Origin: Isurus oxyrinchus | Taxonomy: Eukaryota | Length of the DNA: 64,000 nucleotides | NCBI GenBank assembly: GCA_026770705.1 | Contig: JANJGN010000034.1 | Coordinates: 6,758,001-6,822,000 of the forward strand | Direction: 5' to 3' | Shown: positions 26,801 through 39,949 of the stretch, in pieces | Numbering within the stretch: the first letter of the stretch is position 1 | Layout of the letters: every line of letters begins with the position of its first letter | Notes under the pieces: generated by a model | Databases searched by the model: none | What the model was told of the DNA's origin: nothing | What the model saw: only the letters and a program-made list of their open reading frames with translations | Position numbers and translations under genes: made by a program

Positions 26801-27234
26801 TCCCTCAAATACACAATTGCGTGCACCATTTTTCCTCTGTTATCAAAGCTAAGGTTGCAATGAGTACAGTCTCATTCAAATGATTCCATTGCTGCACAAT
26901 ACCATGGAAAGGGGAAAATTATGACAGACCGTCAATAGGCCATTAGGAAGAATACACAGTTTTTCAGGGCAGTTGTAAAGAAGATTCCTCCACTTGAGGA
27001 AATTCAGTACGACATGCCATAAGACAGTAACTAATACATGCTATTGGGCGTTTAGTAAATGCGTCTTTGCACCATTATTGGATAAATGTAGAAATGAAGT
27101 ATTTGAGACAAGAGCATAAAAGGCAAAAACAATGAAATATGTAAGTATTAGAGGGAGATACATCCAAACTATTAGCACGAATGCTTTTTTGCCGATTTGT
27201 CATGTGCACTCAACATTGCTTTATGGATTTACCT

Positions 27235-27440
27235 GGAAAGCAGTTGGTAACATCACTGGAATAATGACACAGCGGCCGAGGCCAATGTTCTGGGGGCACA
27301 GGTTCATATTCAACAATGGTAGCTGGTGGAACTTAAATAGAATTAACTGAAATATGTAATTAAGAGCTAGTTTGACAGCAAGTGACCATGAAATCATTGT
27401 CGACTTTCGTAAGGAGCAATCGGTTCACTGACTGGACTTC
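27235..27440 (+). mobile_element. tRNA-derived SINE 5' part
   Basis: tggtaacatcactgga...ggttcatattc (degenerate A/B boxes) followed by gagctagt...gtgaccatgaaa...gttcactg. Confidence 0.55.
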
Positions 27441-28199
27441 ACAAATTGTGTTCGTTTTGAAGAGTGATAGGTGACATCTTTGAAGTTTACTGGATCGAAA
27501 TCGACTTGACAAAGAGACGCGGAAATTATAATTCATTTTCTGCTGAGCCAGAACTACGGTGCGCTGTTTTAAAATTCGGGGCCTCACTTTTAGGACTGAG
27601 ATGAGGAGATCTTTTTTTTTCTCTCTCAGAGGATACTGCGACTTTTGCAGTCACAAAAGGTGGTGGAGACTGGAAGAAATCAATTTCCTAATGATGGAGG
27701 TGGATAGACTATTTTTCGGCAAGGGAGTCAAAGACTATCGGGGGCTAAATGGGAAAGAGGAAGTGGTAATAAAAACAGATCAGCCACAAAATTATTGAAA
27801 GGTGGAGCATGCTTGATGGGCCAATGGTCTACTTCTACTCCTATTTCATATGTTTGTATGTAATGTCACCTGCCATATTTGCGTGGTTTACACGTGATTC
27901 CAGACTCAGATCAATGAGGATGATGCGTTAATCCAGAGCATTGAGGATGATGCTTTAACTGTCCTTTGAATTGGCATATCCCTCAGTGTACCATGATTGT
28001 TAATGTTAGGCTGGGGAGAGTAGGTTGTTGAGTGGGGTAGGGTCGATGCTGGTTCAATGAAGCATGCTGCAGTGGAAGCCAGGAGCAGCTCCAGGGAAAC
28101 TTAAACTGAGATTTCAACGTTGTTACGGCAGAAGGCAAGAATACCTGCGCACTAAACAGTGTACGACAATACAATAGAAAGATATCAGTCATCCGACAG

Positions 28200-29357
28200 C
28201 CAATGTAACTAATCCGATCTAAGTGCTGCAGTCTTGCTTCACCCAATGGTGAACATTAGTAAGAAAAAATGGCTAACTGAAGGTGGAGGCTACACAAGTA
28301 TCCCAAACATCAACGAGAAGGGAGACTAATGCATGAGTGCAAAAGACAAGTGTGAAGCATTCATTGCATTGGCAACCAGAAATGCCGAGTGCATTATGAA
28401 GTCAGCCACCGCCCCAGGACGCCAGCATCGGAGATACCATTCTTTCAATGTTCTGATTCACCCCACGTTACATCAAGCAAAAGCTGAAGGCATGCAATAC
28501 TGCATTGGCTATGGTTAATATTGATGACATGTTGTATTCGAGAAATAGCCTCCTCCCGAGCCACGCTGTTACGGCTCAGTTAGCACTTTTGCATCTACCC
28601 GGCGATGAGGAAATTGCCCAGCTATGTCCTGGAGAGGAAAAGCTGGGCAGATCAAACCAGGATATTTAACGGCCCATCAGTCAACTCTTACACATCAGAA
28701 AAATGATGGAAGGGATCATCGAGCATGCTATCAAGCGACAGTTTCTCAGAAATAAACTGTTCACTGAAGCTCAACCTTGATTGTACTAAGGCCATTTAAT
28801 GTCTGACCTCATTACAGCCTTGGTCCAAACACAAAGAAAAGGGTTGAAGGCAAGAGGTGGGGTGAGAGTCACTGCCCTGCCATTGGCATCAGGCAGCTTT
28901 TACCTAAGTAAGCCAAAAAAAAAGGCCGGGAAAAATGGAGTGAATGAGGAATACAGGTTGGAATAATACATAGATGAAAAGAATATAGTTGTGGTAGGTC
29001 ATCTCACTCCTAGGACATTACTGAAGGAGTTCCATAGGGTTGCCTCCTAGGCCAAACATTTTCATTTGCTTCATCAAATATATTTTCTCCATATTAAAAT
29101 CAGAATTAGTGAAGTTCGTTGATGATTACAGGATATTCAGCACAATCCATAAAGATGTCAGATAATGAAGCAATGAATTCCCATAAGCAGCGAGAAGTGA
29201 GAAACATTCAGGATGATGCTGCTAGGTCCTAATTTACATTTGCATGAGGCAACTGCCAAGCAATTACCAAAAGCAACAAGAGAGTACCAATTTCATATCC
29301 TTGTTATTCAACGGAATTACCATCGGTGATTCTCCCACTATCAACATCCTCAGGGAG

Positions 29358-29394
<37 letters not shown>

Positions 29395-29690
29395 CGGGGC
29401 GAATGCTGGGGAGTTACCATTGAACTGGACTGGGCTGCCATATATTTCCCGTGGCTACATCAACAGGTCAGAGACAAATAATTCTGTGGCAGGCAATGCA
29501 GCTCCTGACACCCCAAAACTCACCCACTATATGTAACACTGTGTTCGGAGTGCGTTTGAATACTCTCCAAATTGCTGAATGAATGAAGCTCCAAAAATAC
29601 TGAGAAGAGCTTGACACCATCCAAGGCAAATCAACCCACTTATTGGATTCCCTTCACAAACAGGTGCAATTACTTTTTTTTTACTTTCAT
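28200..29690 (+). mobile_element. Degenerate LINE (second family) RT region
   Basis: RPISQL..I.K.ME, GVP.G..LG and F.DD remnants; same family as the minus-strand copies at 40, 44, 55 and 58 kb. Confidence 0.75.
29359..29394. repeat. G36 homopolymer inside a LINE
   Basis: 36 consecutive G. Confidence 0.9.
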
Positions 29691-29699
29691 GTGGGTTAA

Positions 29700-30370
29700 T
29701 GCCATCGCTTACCAAAATTGTTAGGATAAAATGTTCACAATGAGCATGCAGACCTTCTGGCTCTGAACAGAATTGGTTTAAATATGAACGTAGGGATGTT
29801 CTGCTTCAACTGTGCAGCTCACTTGTGAGACTACGTCTGGAGTGCCCTCTACTTTATTAGTCCCCGTATTTAAGAATGATGTAAATGCATAAGATGCATA
29901 CAGTTAAGTTTCACTAAACTAATGATAAGAATTTGCGTGTTGTTTTATGATAAAATAATGGGTAGGCTGCTTTAGAAGGGGAGGAGGCGATTATTTGAAA
30001 AATATAAGATCCTGAGGGGGCTTTACAGTGTGGATGTGGAGAAGATGTTTCTACGTATGGCAGAATCTGGAACCAGTAGTCATTGTTTATATATACAGAG
30101 TTGCGTTTTAAGACACATATGAGAAGATTTTATTCGGCTCTCTCAGTGGTTTGTGCAACTTTGGAGCTCCCTTCCTCCAAAGCCAAATGAAGCAAAGTAA
30201 TTAATGTTGTCAGGTGGAGGTAGGTTGATCATTGATAAGAAAGTTGGTGAATGGGTGCTGGTGTTAGCCGGGAGATTACATTGAGATTAGCCATCATCTT
30301 GCTGAGTGACGGAGCAGACTCAAAGGGCCGTTTGGTCTATTTCTGCTGCTAATTCATATGTCCGTATATT
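29700..30370 (+). mobile_element. Degenerate CR1-type LINE 3' end
   Basis: cttgtgagactacgtctggag (LVR..LE motif), aagatcctgagggggctt and a CR1 3' UTR ending gctaattcatatgtccgtat. Confidence 0.75.
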
Positions 30371-31499
30371 CTGATGAATGGGTGTAGGAAATACATCCTT
30401 CTATCAGAGGAATAGGTAAATGGGTGAATTTATGTGCACCATTTTTTGTCAGTGCTCAACTAGTCCGAGGCAATTGGCATGGATTATGAAGTTTTTTTAA
30501 ATGCAATGTTTACCTGATATAAACAAATTTTCTGACCTGGCAAATTTGGCTAGATGCATTTTTGGAGGAGGAACAGAAAGATAAGCAGATCTCAGCCAGC
30601 AAAGAACCTGACATTGAGTTTGGTGCAAGAACCTAAGTGTCAAAACAACCTTCCATGAGTGACGAGATGAGTATAGTTTTAAGTATAAGCAACGGAGCGG
30701 ACCAGTGGAGCTGAATAACCACTTTTCACAATTATTAAAATTCTGAATAGAGTTTAGATTTTAGTTTCTATCTGAACATTATTTCTACAATTATATGAAT
30801 TTTGAGTCATTTTATTAGTTTGATTTGTATTTTGTTGTCGAAAAACATTCGCATAATCCCAATCATGTAATGTTTCTTGAACGTGTGCAAGTTAGTTGAG
30901 TATTTTATTTTAGACATCAAAATGCTGCTTGGTACATGTAACAGCGATATTCTGATGCAATTTGATGATTTAAACTTAAGGATGGATATCTCAGCAAAAC
31001 AAATGCATTTTACTAAGTGCGTTTAGCGGCTTTATAAAAGTAACCTTATCTAATTTTACAGAAAATGGCGCAAATGAATTTGTTGAAGCAACTTAAAAGT
31101 ATGCAAACAAAAAAAAGAAAAGACAATGCTTCAAATGCTGAGAAAGTCAAGCCAGCATCTACACATTAACATCTACACTAAAGATCCTAAAAAGGTTCAT
31201 TTATGTTTGCTGTGAGTGACATGCATTTATACACAGGGACCTGTTCTCTGCAAACAGAAGGAATATTGTAAATACATATTTTGCATTTTCCTGCAGCTCA
31301 GGGAGCAGTTTGTGCCCCAATGTTTTCTCCAACACAATACCTTGGCCAATAATGATCAACTTGGCACCCAATTAGCATGCTGCTCTCCTATTTGATTAAT
31401 TGATGGAATTCTTTCAAATTTGGCATTTTTGTTCTTCTCCGGATGGTTGAAAGTTGAAAACCTTCAGAAACACATTTCTTTTCACTGGGACCTGCTCCC

Positions 31500-32480
31500 C
31501 GGTATCTGTGCCTACATGTCATCAACTTTTTTAAATGTTGCATTTTCCTTTGCTCCACATGGACTCTTTAACTATTTGTGAACCCCACGCATTGCCTCTT
31601 ACTGTGGCCTCTACTGATAACTTAGTACTTAGTGGATCATTGTTATTAGCCTGTTCCATTTCCTGTGTGCCTATTTTACTTCTTGTAACTTCATGGTTAC
31701 CATTCTATCTGTTCATACTCTTTCCATCTGCAGTAGGAAACTGCCCCACAAGTGCATCCCGCTAGGCTCTGTTCAGGTACAACATATTTGGTCTGTACAT
31801 GTGCATTGTCTCTCAGAACTTGGATATTTTACATTAGAATTTAAGGCCCTATGTCCTGCACGACCTGCCCATCCATTTAGTCATCTTTCTATTCAGTTTT
31901 TTCAACCCTGTTTCTATATATATATAAATATTTATTTTTTGTTCTTCATTTATTAATTTGTTCACTTGCATGTTCTTTTGTTTGTTTATCTATTTATATG
32001 TTTCGTTTTTCCTGTCTTTTCTTTGCTCATGTTTAATTTAGCACGCTATTTTCTGCCTGCAATTACTCATCTACCTTGCTAGTTGTGTCTTCAATACCAA
32101 TATTGAACTGAGCCATTGATTGTTCATCTTGAACTTCAGTCTGTTCTGAAACCGCTAAGTAATATATACTGGACTCTGGGTACACGGAGGCAAGATCCCT
32201 CCGCAAATATACTTCCCTGTCTTTGAAACGAATACCCCTAATTATAGAATCTCCTACTAGTTTCCCTTCCGCAATCATTCTCCAGCTTCCCTTGTAACCA
32301 GAACCAGCCTTGGTGCCATGGTTTTGCCTATGGCTGCAGTCCATAAATTTTTGAATACCAGTTGGACAGCGAGGTGCACTCCTGGGACATTCGCATTAAC
32401 TGACTTCATTTTTTTGGGTGCAAGGCAATCGCCAATTCATTCTGTGCCTGCACAGCCTTACATTCAGATTGGACCACATC
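31500..32480 (-). mobile_element. CR1-type LINE 5' relic including ORF1 esterase (GDSL/SGNH-like) motif
   Basis: ORF 32063..32344 contains VGDSIIRG, typical of vertebrate CR1 ORF1 esterase domains. Confidence 0.65.
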
Positions 32481-32578
32481 CACAAATGTGCTTTTCCACA
32501 GACTCCCGAACTAACTGATGCCCCACAGTGGCATCAGCTGCGAAATGCTGGAGCTCGAACCACTAAAGATAAAAACAC

Positions 32579-32822
32579 AGAGATAAAGACAAAACAAAAC
32601 TGCGGATGCTGGAAATCAAAAACAAAAACAGAATTACCTGGAAAAACTCAGCAGGTCTGGCAGCATCGGCGGAGAAGAAAAGAGTTGACGTTTCGAGTCC
32701 TCATGACCCTTCGACAGAACTGTTCTGTCGAAGGGTCATGAGGACTCGAAACGTCAACTCTTTTCTTCTCCGCCGATGCTGCCAGACCTGCTGAGTTTTT
32801 CCAGGTAATTCTGTTTTTGTTT
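32579..32822. mobile_element. Young palindromic non-autonomous insertion (Penelope-terminus-like) with 13-bp TSD
   Basis: Perfect 101-bp arms 32620-32720 and 32722-32822 around one T; flanked by aagataaaaacac at 32566-32578 and 32823-32835. Confidence 0.85.
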
Positions 32823-34017
32823 AAGATAAAAACACTTCCGGCTTCTGCAGCTGCCCAGGTCACGACAGTCATCCTGGGTCTCCTAAAAAGGAACAGAATG
32901 TCTGCGCGAATGGAGGAAGATGCCTTGAGACGTGCCTATGTATGAAATTATTTACTCCTTAATTAGCTCTTTCTTTCTGCCGATTTCACGTTATTAAAGG
33001 CTTTTGATACAGGCATAGTTAAGGTTTCTCTTTTCCTTTATTTCCATATAACTAAGATTTTAATTTACATGAATATCTGTAAGCCTTTTCGTGGTAATAT
33101 CGCCTTGCTATTTTATTTAAGCATTGTCCCCCATTTCTCTTTAAGTAATTGAACACCGAGTGTCATGGTATGATACACTGAATGTTCAAGTCCTGATTAA
33201 GTTGTATTAAATGCTGACTGGTCAGCTCAGTCACGTGACAAAAGTGTCTGTGACGTCACTTCTCGACGTTCTTTTCTCCTTCCCTTCGAACCAGAATCAT
33301 AACCTATGCGAGATTGATTCCTGTTCCTTCCTTTTGGCCAACTACTCAATGATTATTTGCCGTTGATGTAATTTGCTCTACGATGTTAGATGTGGAATGC
33401 AAACCGAATATTAAACGTTTCCAGTACCAGTTTAAATCTCAGTAATAAAGAAAACCCAAAATAGCCTTTTTTCAAACACCAACATGCTACCTGTAACGTC
33501 AACCTTTGTTTTGTCTGACTGAGCTTTGAAAAGTGCCCTGCTGCTGCTGCTTCCTACACTAGCGACCTCTGTCTCTTGGTATGATGTATATGCCAGTTCT
33601 GCTGCTGCCGCCGATCTGCTTTCATATCTTTATCTCATAAATCAGTTTAAAACATAGCAATCATATCATGTGTTTCATATTTATTACAACCAGAAGTCTT
33701 CATATTTTCTTTTTCTTTTCTTGAGTAGCTATATTTCTACCTTTTCTACTGAAGTGCCAAGGTGTTTCACATTCCCCAGATCAAATGAATTATTGAGATG
33801 TTCCCAGATTCAGTAAAACAGAAATTATTAAACGGCTCATATAATGAATTGACAGTATCACATCAAGCATTTTGTGTACTCACACCTCATATTAACACTT
33901 ATTAAAATTGACATTGCAGAATATTTGGCGTGGGGTCCAGAGATCCACTCGATTTGTGAGGTGAAAGAAAAATTGTAACTTGCTTACTTTTCTTAATAAT
34001 GGATTTTTGCCTTCCAG

Positions 34018-34053
34018 AAATACGAAAATTAAAAGATGATCTGCTTAACAAAG
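34018..34053 (+). CDS. Micro-exon 16 (36 nt), EIRKLKDDLLNK
   Basis: tttttgccttccag|AAATACGAAAATTAAAAGATGATCTGCTTAACAAAG|gtaaga. Confidence 0.9.
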
Positions 34054-34182
34054 GTAAGAACAATCGTGAGGATAATGATATGTTCAATGGCATTTGCGAT
34101 TTGTGTTAATGTGAGATTACTTGCTTCCGCTATCACATCTTAAATATATACATTTATACAATATAACATATAATCTAATCTA

Positions 34183-34194
34183 ATATATATATAT

Positions 34195-34235
<41 letters not shown>
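34183..34235. repeat. (TA)n microsatellite
   Basis: About 25 TA units with one interruption, 130 nt downstream of micro-exon 16. Confidence 0.92.
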
Positions 34236-34238
<3 letters not shown>

Positions 34239-34704
34239 AGAAGTTCATTTACAGGGGTGTTATGAAATTAGAAAATCTGGAAACAACAATTGAGCCTGGA
34301 TCATTGGCTCATGGATAGGTCTCCTGAACGAATATAATCAGCTTCACTACTTTGTGGAAAAATGTCTTCAAAATTCTATTTGGTACACAAATATTATTCA
34401 GAATCAGTAATTGTACGTGTTCAAATCAATTTGAAAGGGCCGTGAGCACACTGCTGGCACAAAATGAGCTCTGGTTGTGGACTTCAAAATCTTTCGTAAA
34501 TGATATATAGATAACATCGTTACTGAGACCGTGAAGAAGGGGATATGTCTCAGACTCTTTCTTTTCATCGGATTGAGATCGAACACTGGGTTTAATGGCT
34601 TCTTGAGCACACTGTCTTCAGTATAACTGTCGCAGATATTCCCATGACTCTATCAGTAGTACTCAGCAGCAGAAATGCATCATAAGATGGGAAACATGCC
34701 AAAC

Positions 34705-35830
34705 ATTAGAACATAAGTAAAAGGTGTAAGGGCACGCCATATAGACCCTGAAGCTTTATCTGTATTCTGTAATGCACTGATTTATCTTTGGCCTTAACTT
34801 AAACTGCACACCTGCTGTTAAAACTAGTTGATTTCCCTGGAGTCCAAAAAATATGTTTGTCGAAGCCTTAGGTATATTCAAATACTGAGCATCCAATAAC
34901 ATTTTGGTAGGCAATTCAAGAGATTCAGAACTCTTAGAGTGAACACAATCATCCAAGCCATGTCCTAAAATTGTGGAGCATTATGCTGCGACATTTCTTG
35001 CAGTTGGCCCAGATTCCGAAACCCTTTCAAACAATCTCTCAGCATGTATCCTACTTCGGAATGTCATGTTTCTCACACCACAGGAATGAAAATGCCAGAA
35101 AGTATAGGCCAAATCTACACAGCCTCGCATCAGAGGGCCATCCTTTAATACAAGATAGGAGGGTAGTACACCTGTGCTGCATGGCGCCCTGTGTACGACT
35201 AGCCATCCTAAAACATGGCGTCCAACTTTGCACACAACATACACAATATGACCTCACGAAGACCTGCAATGCTATAGCAAGACTTATTGATTCTTCTACT
35301 CCAAAACTGTTGCCTCAAAGATGAAAATGTCACTTGGGTCCTCATTTGCTGTACTTGCATGGTAACTTTGTTTTAATTTTCCCATTATGAATACACCCAA
35401 GTCCCTCCGAGTATTAACCCATGATTGACTCACGGCAGTAAAAACGTTCTACTTTCCCATTCTTAAGATCAAAGACAGCAAACCCATAATATGTCTACAT
35501 AATTCCCCAGCGGCCACATTGTTGTCCATTCACTACACGTCTGTATAATTACTTTACAGCCTTTTAGTGTCCTTCTCGTAGATTATACTACCATGTAAAT
35601 GTGCATCTTCGTATATATGGCACTGTGTCTCTTCATTTAGTGCATGAATGTCGATCACAAATAAATAAAGCCCTAGCAATAATCCTTGTGGCACACCATC
35701 AGCATCGTGACAACTTGATAATTTCACTTTTGATCCTATTGTCTTATGCCTGCCCAATAACGATTTCTGCATCCACGCTCTTACAATACAGTCAATTCCA
35801 AGAAACCCCAGTTGCATTAATAAGAGTTGT
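34705..35830 (-). mobile_element. Degenerate CR1-type LINE
   Basis: Minus ORFs give GVPQGLLLG.YLF.I.I..L (35554..35838) and VRSYCVCCVQSWTP (35051..35269). Confidence 0.8.
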
Positions 35831-38800
35831 GTGTCCACTTATCGAATTCCATTTAGAACCAAAACTATTTTGTTAGACCATCAGACCAGGATAGCCAAAT
35901 ACAATGCCCCCCATGGCGCACAGAATGAAGTCAGGAGAAACAGGGAGCTAGTTCTGTAGCAGCACAGTTTTGCCTCTGGGTTGTAGAGATAGCAGAGTTT
36001 ATAAAATGGGTGCATAGGGCCCTGGAGAGCGGTCATATGAATTCGGAGAATTTTATAATTGAGATCTTATGGAACAGGACTTGAGCAGAAGAGTTTCTGG
36101 ATGAAGTGAGTTTGATGTTCTTGAATTTTAGCAGCCGTTGGTGAAGGGAGCGAGTAGATGTACATCTTTAATTAGTGGTAACTGTATTCACGAAGTTAAA
36201 CATTGCAAATATATATCTCCAAACTCTGAAGCCCACCACCAGATTCAACAATTGTCTATTTATATTTGTTCAAGAAATTGCCCAGTGTGAGGCGCAATTT
36301 TAGACAGGTAAACATAACTTACACAATAAACACATTTTCACTTTGATATAAATAAAACATAACGATTATTTTCACAATATTTCAACACGCACTGATAAAG
36401 GAAAGAAAAACCTTTCATGCTCTCAGGAATTAACACAAATGATTCCGCTTGCCTAGGAACCCCAGGCATATATTGGTATACACATCATTTTCACAGAAAA
36501 ATCGCAGACGAAGCACGCATCAATCAATTTCATCTTGGGCATATCCATTCTTTCTAGGTTCGCCGCTGAATGGGAACCTGAATGTTTTCATTTCACTCAT
36601 AGTTTTGTAGAGGTATGCTCTCCCACAAGCAATGGTGATCTGTGCAACATTCAAAGGGCAAACAGTTTCCATTATGTGCCCCGCAAGCAATCCCTGTTAA
36701 AACAAAGCGACTCCAATACTACATGCTTTCACGACAGTTAGGCTTTCTGCAGGTAAAGTGCATTTAGCACCTTTAATATTTCCTGTCCATCCCAAGCTAA
36801 TGGACCGCAGTTCCCGTTTTAACCATTAATAGCAGCTGTGCTGAAATTCCCATAAGGAAGATTGGCATGAGAGGCATCAGGAAAATTTTACTCGTTTCAT
36901 GTGCCTTTTTTTTTGTAAAATAAGGTGGAAACCTAAAGCCTAAATTGTTTTGTTTAAGATTTTCAACGTTAATTTTCTATCAAAATACCCTGGAATCCAT
37001 CGTATTCCCTCAGAGACTTAGTCATTTGAACCAACATATCAAAATTATCACCTGCCTTTCCTGAGTGCATACCGAATTCAAATAGCTAATTTCAATCTTC
37101 GGAAATGTGTGTTTCCCCTTCTTTAGATGTGAATTCACCTTTCTGTGATTGCCAAACACGTCTAACAAGACAGAAGTAACCGTCTCTAAATAAGATTGCT
37201 GATGCAAAATTAGGTGTGAGCTTTAATGGTTAATGACTAAACAAATATATTTGAAAGAACCCGATTCCTACCTTAAAATTTTGATTTGCTCGTTGGAAGT
37301 ATCGATAATACATTCCACAGATCTCTCAGTGCAACCCCAGAGCAAAGGAGGAACTTCTGGAATGCCCGAAACTTTTGATATTGATGGAACTGGAATTTTG
37401 TTGGATTTCCTTGTAGTTGCTCACTGTCTATGTTCAGAAAGACAAATTTCATAGAAAACAAGCATATCCTCGAGGCCAACAACTCAGGTCAACAACACAT
37501 TTGTTTAGTTTGAATAGTTTCTGTTCTGCGTTGCTTAACTTTTAAGGCGTTTTGAAAAGAGAAATGAAAATCTCTATTGTTTTTAACCGTCAAAAATGAC
37601 TTTTTAATGTCAATTCATCTACAAATCCAGAAATATTTTGCGAGTAAGGGACAGGCAAAAGGTACCTCAGAAATCCTTATTCCCACGTGGGAAATTCCAC
37701 TCCGACATTAGTATATATTATAGACGGTTTATGTACGTTTTCTCTCTACCTCAATGCAAGCCAAAGGCAGAAGCGATGCAAGTTTGCAAACAAGAGAGAC
37801 GAAATTGTCTGCACAGCTTGAAAATATTTTTTTTTAATTTAATCATTAATCTGATGATATTAACAATTATCTGCCCTTCTGATGAGAAAGATCAGATTTT
37901 GTTAAACGGAAGCAGTCATTCCCTGATTAAATGGACTGAAGATTCAATGAAATTGAAGTAAAAGAGGATTCTATTTGCAGTTTCGTTTGCTCATCGTTTT
38001 CATGAGTTGCTGAAGAGAGGAAAAGAAAATCAGTACAGGACTCCACTAGTAATGATTATGTAAACTAATCCAGTTTATTTCACATGAAACCAACCTTGAA
38101 TGTGTGGAGGTCAATGAATACGAACCTAAAAAAGAAAAAAATAATTAAATTTCATCCTTCTTGCTAATTGCTTGACCCTCACTACTAAGTGAACCTGAAT
38201 AATACTGGAGGGTATAACTTTAAATTTGTAGAGATCATCTGCTCTTACAGAAGCCTTGGATAATTTTGCTTGCTCTTTAAAGGGAAGTTGTCCATATCAT
38301 TTAAACAAATCTTTCAGGCTAACAATGAAGAGCAGCGGGTTCGGCAGGAATATGAAGTTGAATTTAAAACCAAATCGTCCATGACCTTATTGAATGGTGG
38401 GAAAGCTCGAGGGACCAAGTGTTATACTCCTCCTCTAATTCGTATGAACCTATGTGCCTAATCCAGCAACTTCCCTGATTTTGAGCAGTTTGACCTGACT
38501 GAATTCATACGTAGTTTGCTTAATTTGTTTGGTCTCCGCTACGTCACCTCATAAGTAGATACCTAAGGCCAACCTCGCTTATATGCAGCCAAAAGGTTAT
38601 GTTAGCTTAATATGCTATACGGGATTTTCCTGTTGTGCTCTGGTAAATGTGCAGTAGCTCATCATTATCAACCTCAGTTTTCCTGCAATCGACAGCTCCA
38701 CAAGGCAAATCTCAATCAGAGAAACTTCAGTCTCAAACTCAGCATCTAGTTCATCATTTGCATCATTATTATGTAAATATTATATAATTTGAACGACGCC

Positions 38801-39949
38801 TATTGACTGACTGCTCTCACTGACATGTACATATTCATCATGTTCACACATCAAAGACTTTGACTGTTTTTTCTGCCTCGGGAACAAACTGCAAAGTTCA
38901 CGTCACTGAGTTTCATTTTCAATGCACTGGGATCCAGTAATGGATGACCAGGCAACGTCTTCGAGATTGCAAAATTTATTGCTTTCAAAATCTATATGCC
39001 TTAGCTTTTCTCTAGGGACATGCTCATCAGTTGCTGAGAAGCCTTGAAATGTTATGTCCCTCACAACACGCCTACACCCACCCGCCAACCCCCTCATCGT
39101 CCCTTCACCTAGCATCACCCCAACTCTCCCAACATCACCACCACAACTCTTCAAAGTGGTTTGAAAGTGTTTTTTTTTCTCTCGGTAATTTTACACATGA
39201 GGGAAGAGGTTGTTTCCTCATTCCGTGCCACATATCTATACATAATCAATTAATGGGGACCATAACTTATAGCCACAGGTCAATTCAAATTGACTGTCAC
39301 CAGTAGATTAATTTGTCCTGCCCTTAGTCGCAAAAAAGCAATGATGGTATCCCGTCATGTAGGTGGTCGGGGCACTCAGACCAATCGATCATAATATTAT
39401 TATTTTGTCTTCTGTGAGACCTCTCGAAAACACCTTAGCACTGCGAGTAATATTTGCATGAGCTGGTATCTTCCACTTCTAATTCAAATATGACCCCCTG
39501 AAACACACTTGACATCGAATATGACCTTAGATCAGGCTGAAACTTGTTTTTTAAACGAAAAGCAGTGAAACTTAAAATTCGGTTAACTCCTTAATCACAT
39601 CTCACTCTGTGATTTTTTGATACCAATTATATTTCCTTTGCTTGCCAATCGAGCAAACCCATGAACCAAGTAAGGGTGGTGGGTGTCTGCCCAAGTTAGT
39701 GGTACTCTAAACTCTTTTAAAAAGTAACTGGATCGGCACCTTAAGTGCTTTAAGCTGCAGGGCTATGGGCCGAGTGCAGGAAGGTGGGATCAGAAAGGGC
39801 ACCTGGGTGTCCTTGGGCTGGCATGGACATTATGGGGCGAATAGCCACCTAATGTGGTATAACTTTTCAATGGTTCATGTTCGTGAGGAGAAACCTTTGT
39901 CACAGTTTCATCATCGTTCACGATATCCGTTCATACAATGTAGGTATTA

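Noticed and set aside
32606-32872. Mirror-image ORFs on both strands, or a CRISPR/terminator-like structure
   Set aside because: Caused by the palindromic insertion; no repeat-spacer array, and the DNA is eukaryotic.
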